A DNA stretch of 64,000 bases from Myxococcales bacterium (GTDB lineage Bacteria; Myxococcota_A; Polyangia; Polyangiales; Polyangiaceae). The stretch spans positions 113,734 to 177,733 of the forward strand of contig JAYTOU010000033.1 in assembly GCA_043747615.1 (NCBI GenBank), in the 5' to 3' direction. The notes beneath the pieces were generated by a model. That model worked only from the letters and a program-made list of their open reading frames with translations. It had not been told where the DNA came from and did not search any database. This document shows, piece after piece, positions 63,485 to 64,000 of this stretch. The position numbers were made by a program, and so were the translations under genes. The stretch's first letter is position 1, and the number at the start of each line of letters is the position of its first letter.

Positions 63485-64000
63485 TCACAGGGCGACCCCG
63501 AGCTCGTGGTACAGAAAGCTCAGCTCGTCGGCGAGCTCGTCGATCAGCTTGCCCGTCGGCTTGCCCGCCCCGTGACCGGCCTTGCTCTCGACGCGCAGAA
63601 GAATCGGCCGGTCTTTCGCCCCTTGGGCCTCTTCGAGACGCGCCGCCATTTTTCGCGCGTGCATCGGATCGACCCGCGAGTCGCTCTCGGCGGTCGTGAA
63701 AAGCATGGAGGGGTACCGTACTCCGTCCTTGACGTGATGGTATGGCGAGTACGCGAAGAGGGTCTTGAACTGCTCCGCGTCGTCCGCGCTTCCGTACTCG
63801 GGAATCCATAGCTTCGCGATTCGGAAAAGCTGGTAGCGAAGCATGTCCGTGAGCGGCACGAGCGATAGACCCACGCGGAACAGATCCGGACGCTGGGTGA
63901 TCGCCGCGGCGACGAGCAGCCCCCCGTTCGAGCCGCCCATGATCCCGAGCTTGGCGGGGCTGGTGATTTTCTGCGCGATGAGCTCCTCGGCGCAGGCGAT
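63485..64000 (-). CDS. Prolyl oligopeptidase (S9A), C-terminal part; truncated by the window edge
   Basis: GGSNGGLL, DMLRY, WIPEYG, DSRVDP.H, AGHG catalytic motifs. Confidence 0.95.
   Translation of the reverse strand: MACAEELIAQKITSPAKLGIMGGSNGGLLVAAAITQRPDLFRVGLSLVPLTDMLRYQLFRIAKLWIPEYGSADDAEQFKTLFAYSPYHHVKDGVRYPSMLFTTAESDSRVDPMHARKMAARLEEAQGAKDRPILLRVESKAGHGAGKPTGKLIDELADELSFLYHELGVAL

Noticed and set aside
1..64000. CRISPR array, IS/transposase, integrase, prophage or toxin-antitoxin genes
   Set aside because: No spaced direct repeats or recognisable motifs were seen by eye.

Overview
GC-rich, gene-dense chromosomal window. Gene content (Hanks-type Ser/Thr kinases, Cys-rich lipoproteins, bactofilin, rpoN-hpf-ptsN-hprK-rapZ-HPr-EI cluster) points to a myxobacterium, probably Polyangiales/Sorangiineae; this is inferred, not searched. 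About 55 CDSs. Housekeeping: rpoN/PTS cluster, rpsO-pnp, moe/moa genes, aceK, epmA, grxD, an ABC-F ATPase, yhaO/yhaN- and MPG-type DNA repair. The rest are mostly envelope or unknown genes. No rRNA, canonical tRNA, CRISPR array, transposase or integrase was seen. Best candidates for something new: (1) a three-gene surface module at 19.5-25.4 kb (Cys-rich lipoprotein 5'-nucleotidase, non-catalytic OB-fold lipoprotein, outer-membrane barrel) that may capture and import extracellular nucleic acids or nucleotides; (2) a POT peptide transporter with a duplicated ~145-aa domain where animal PepT1/2 carry their extracellular domain; (3) a 110-nt tRNA-shaped RNA candidate ending in ACCA; (4) an orphan FliQ/SctS gene; (5) an RluA-RlmI fusion; (6) repeated leaderless-type promoters, including one overlapping bidirectional -10. 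All family calls come from motif recognition by eye.
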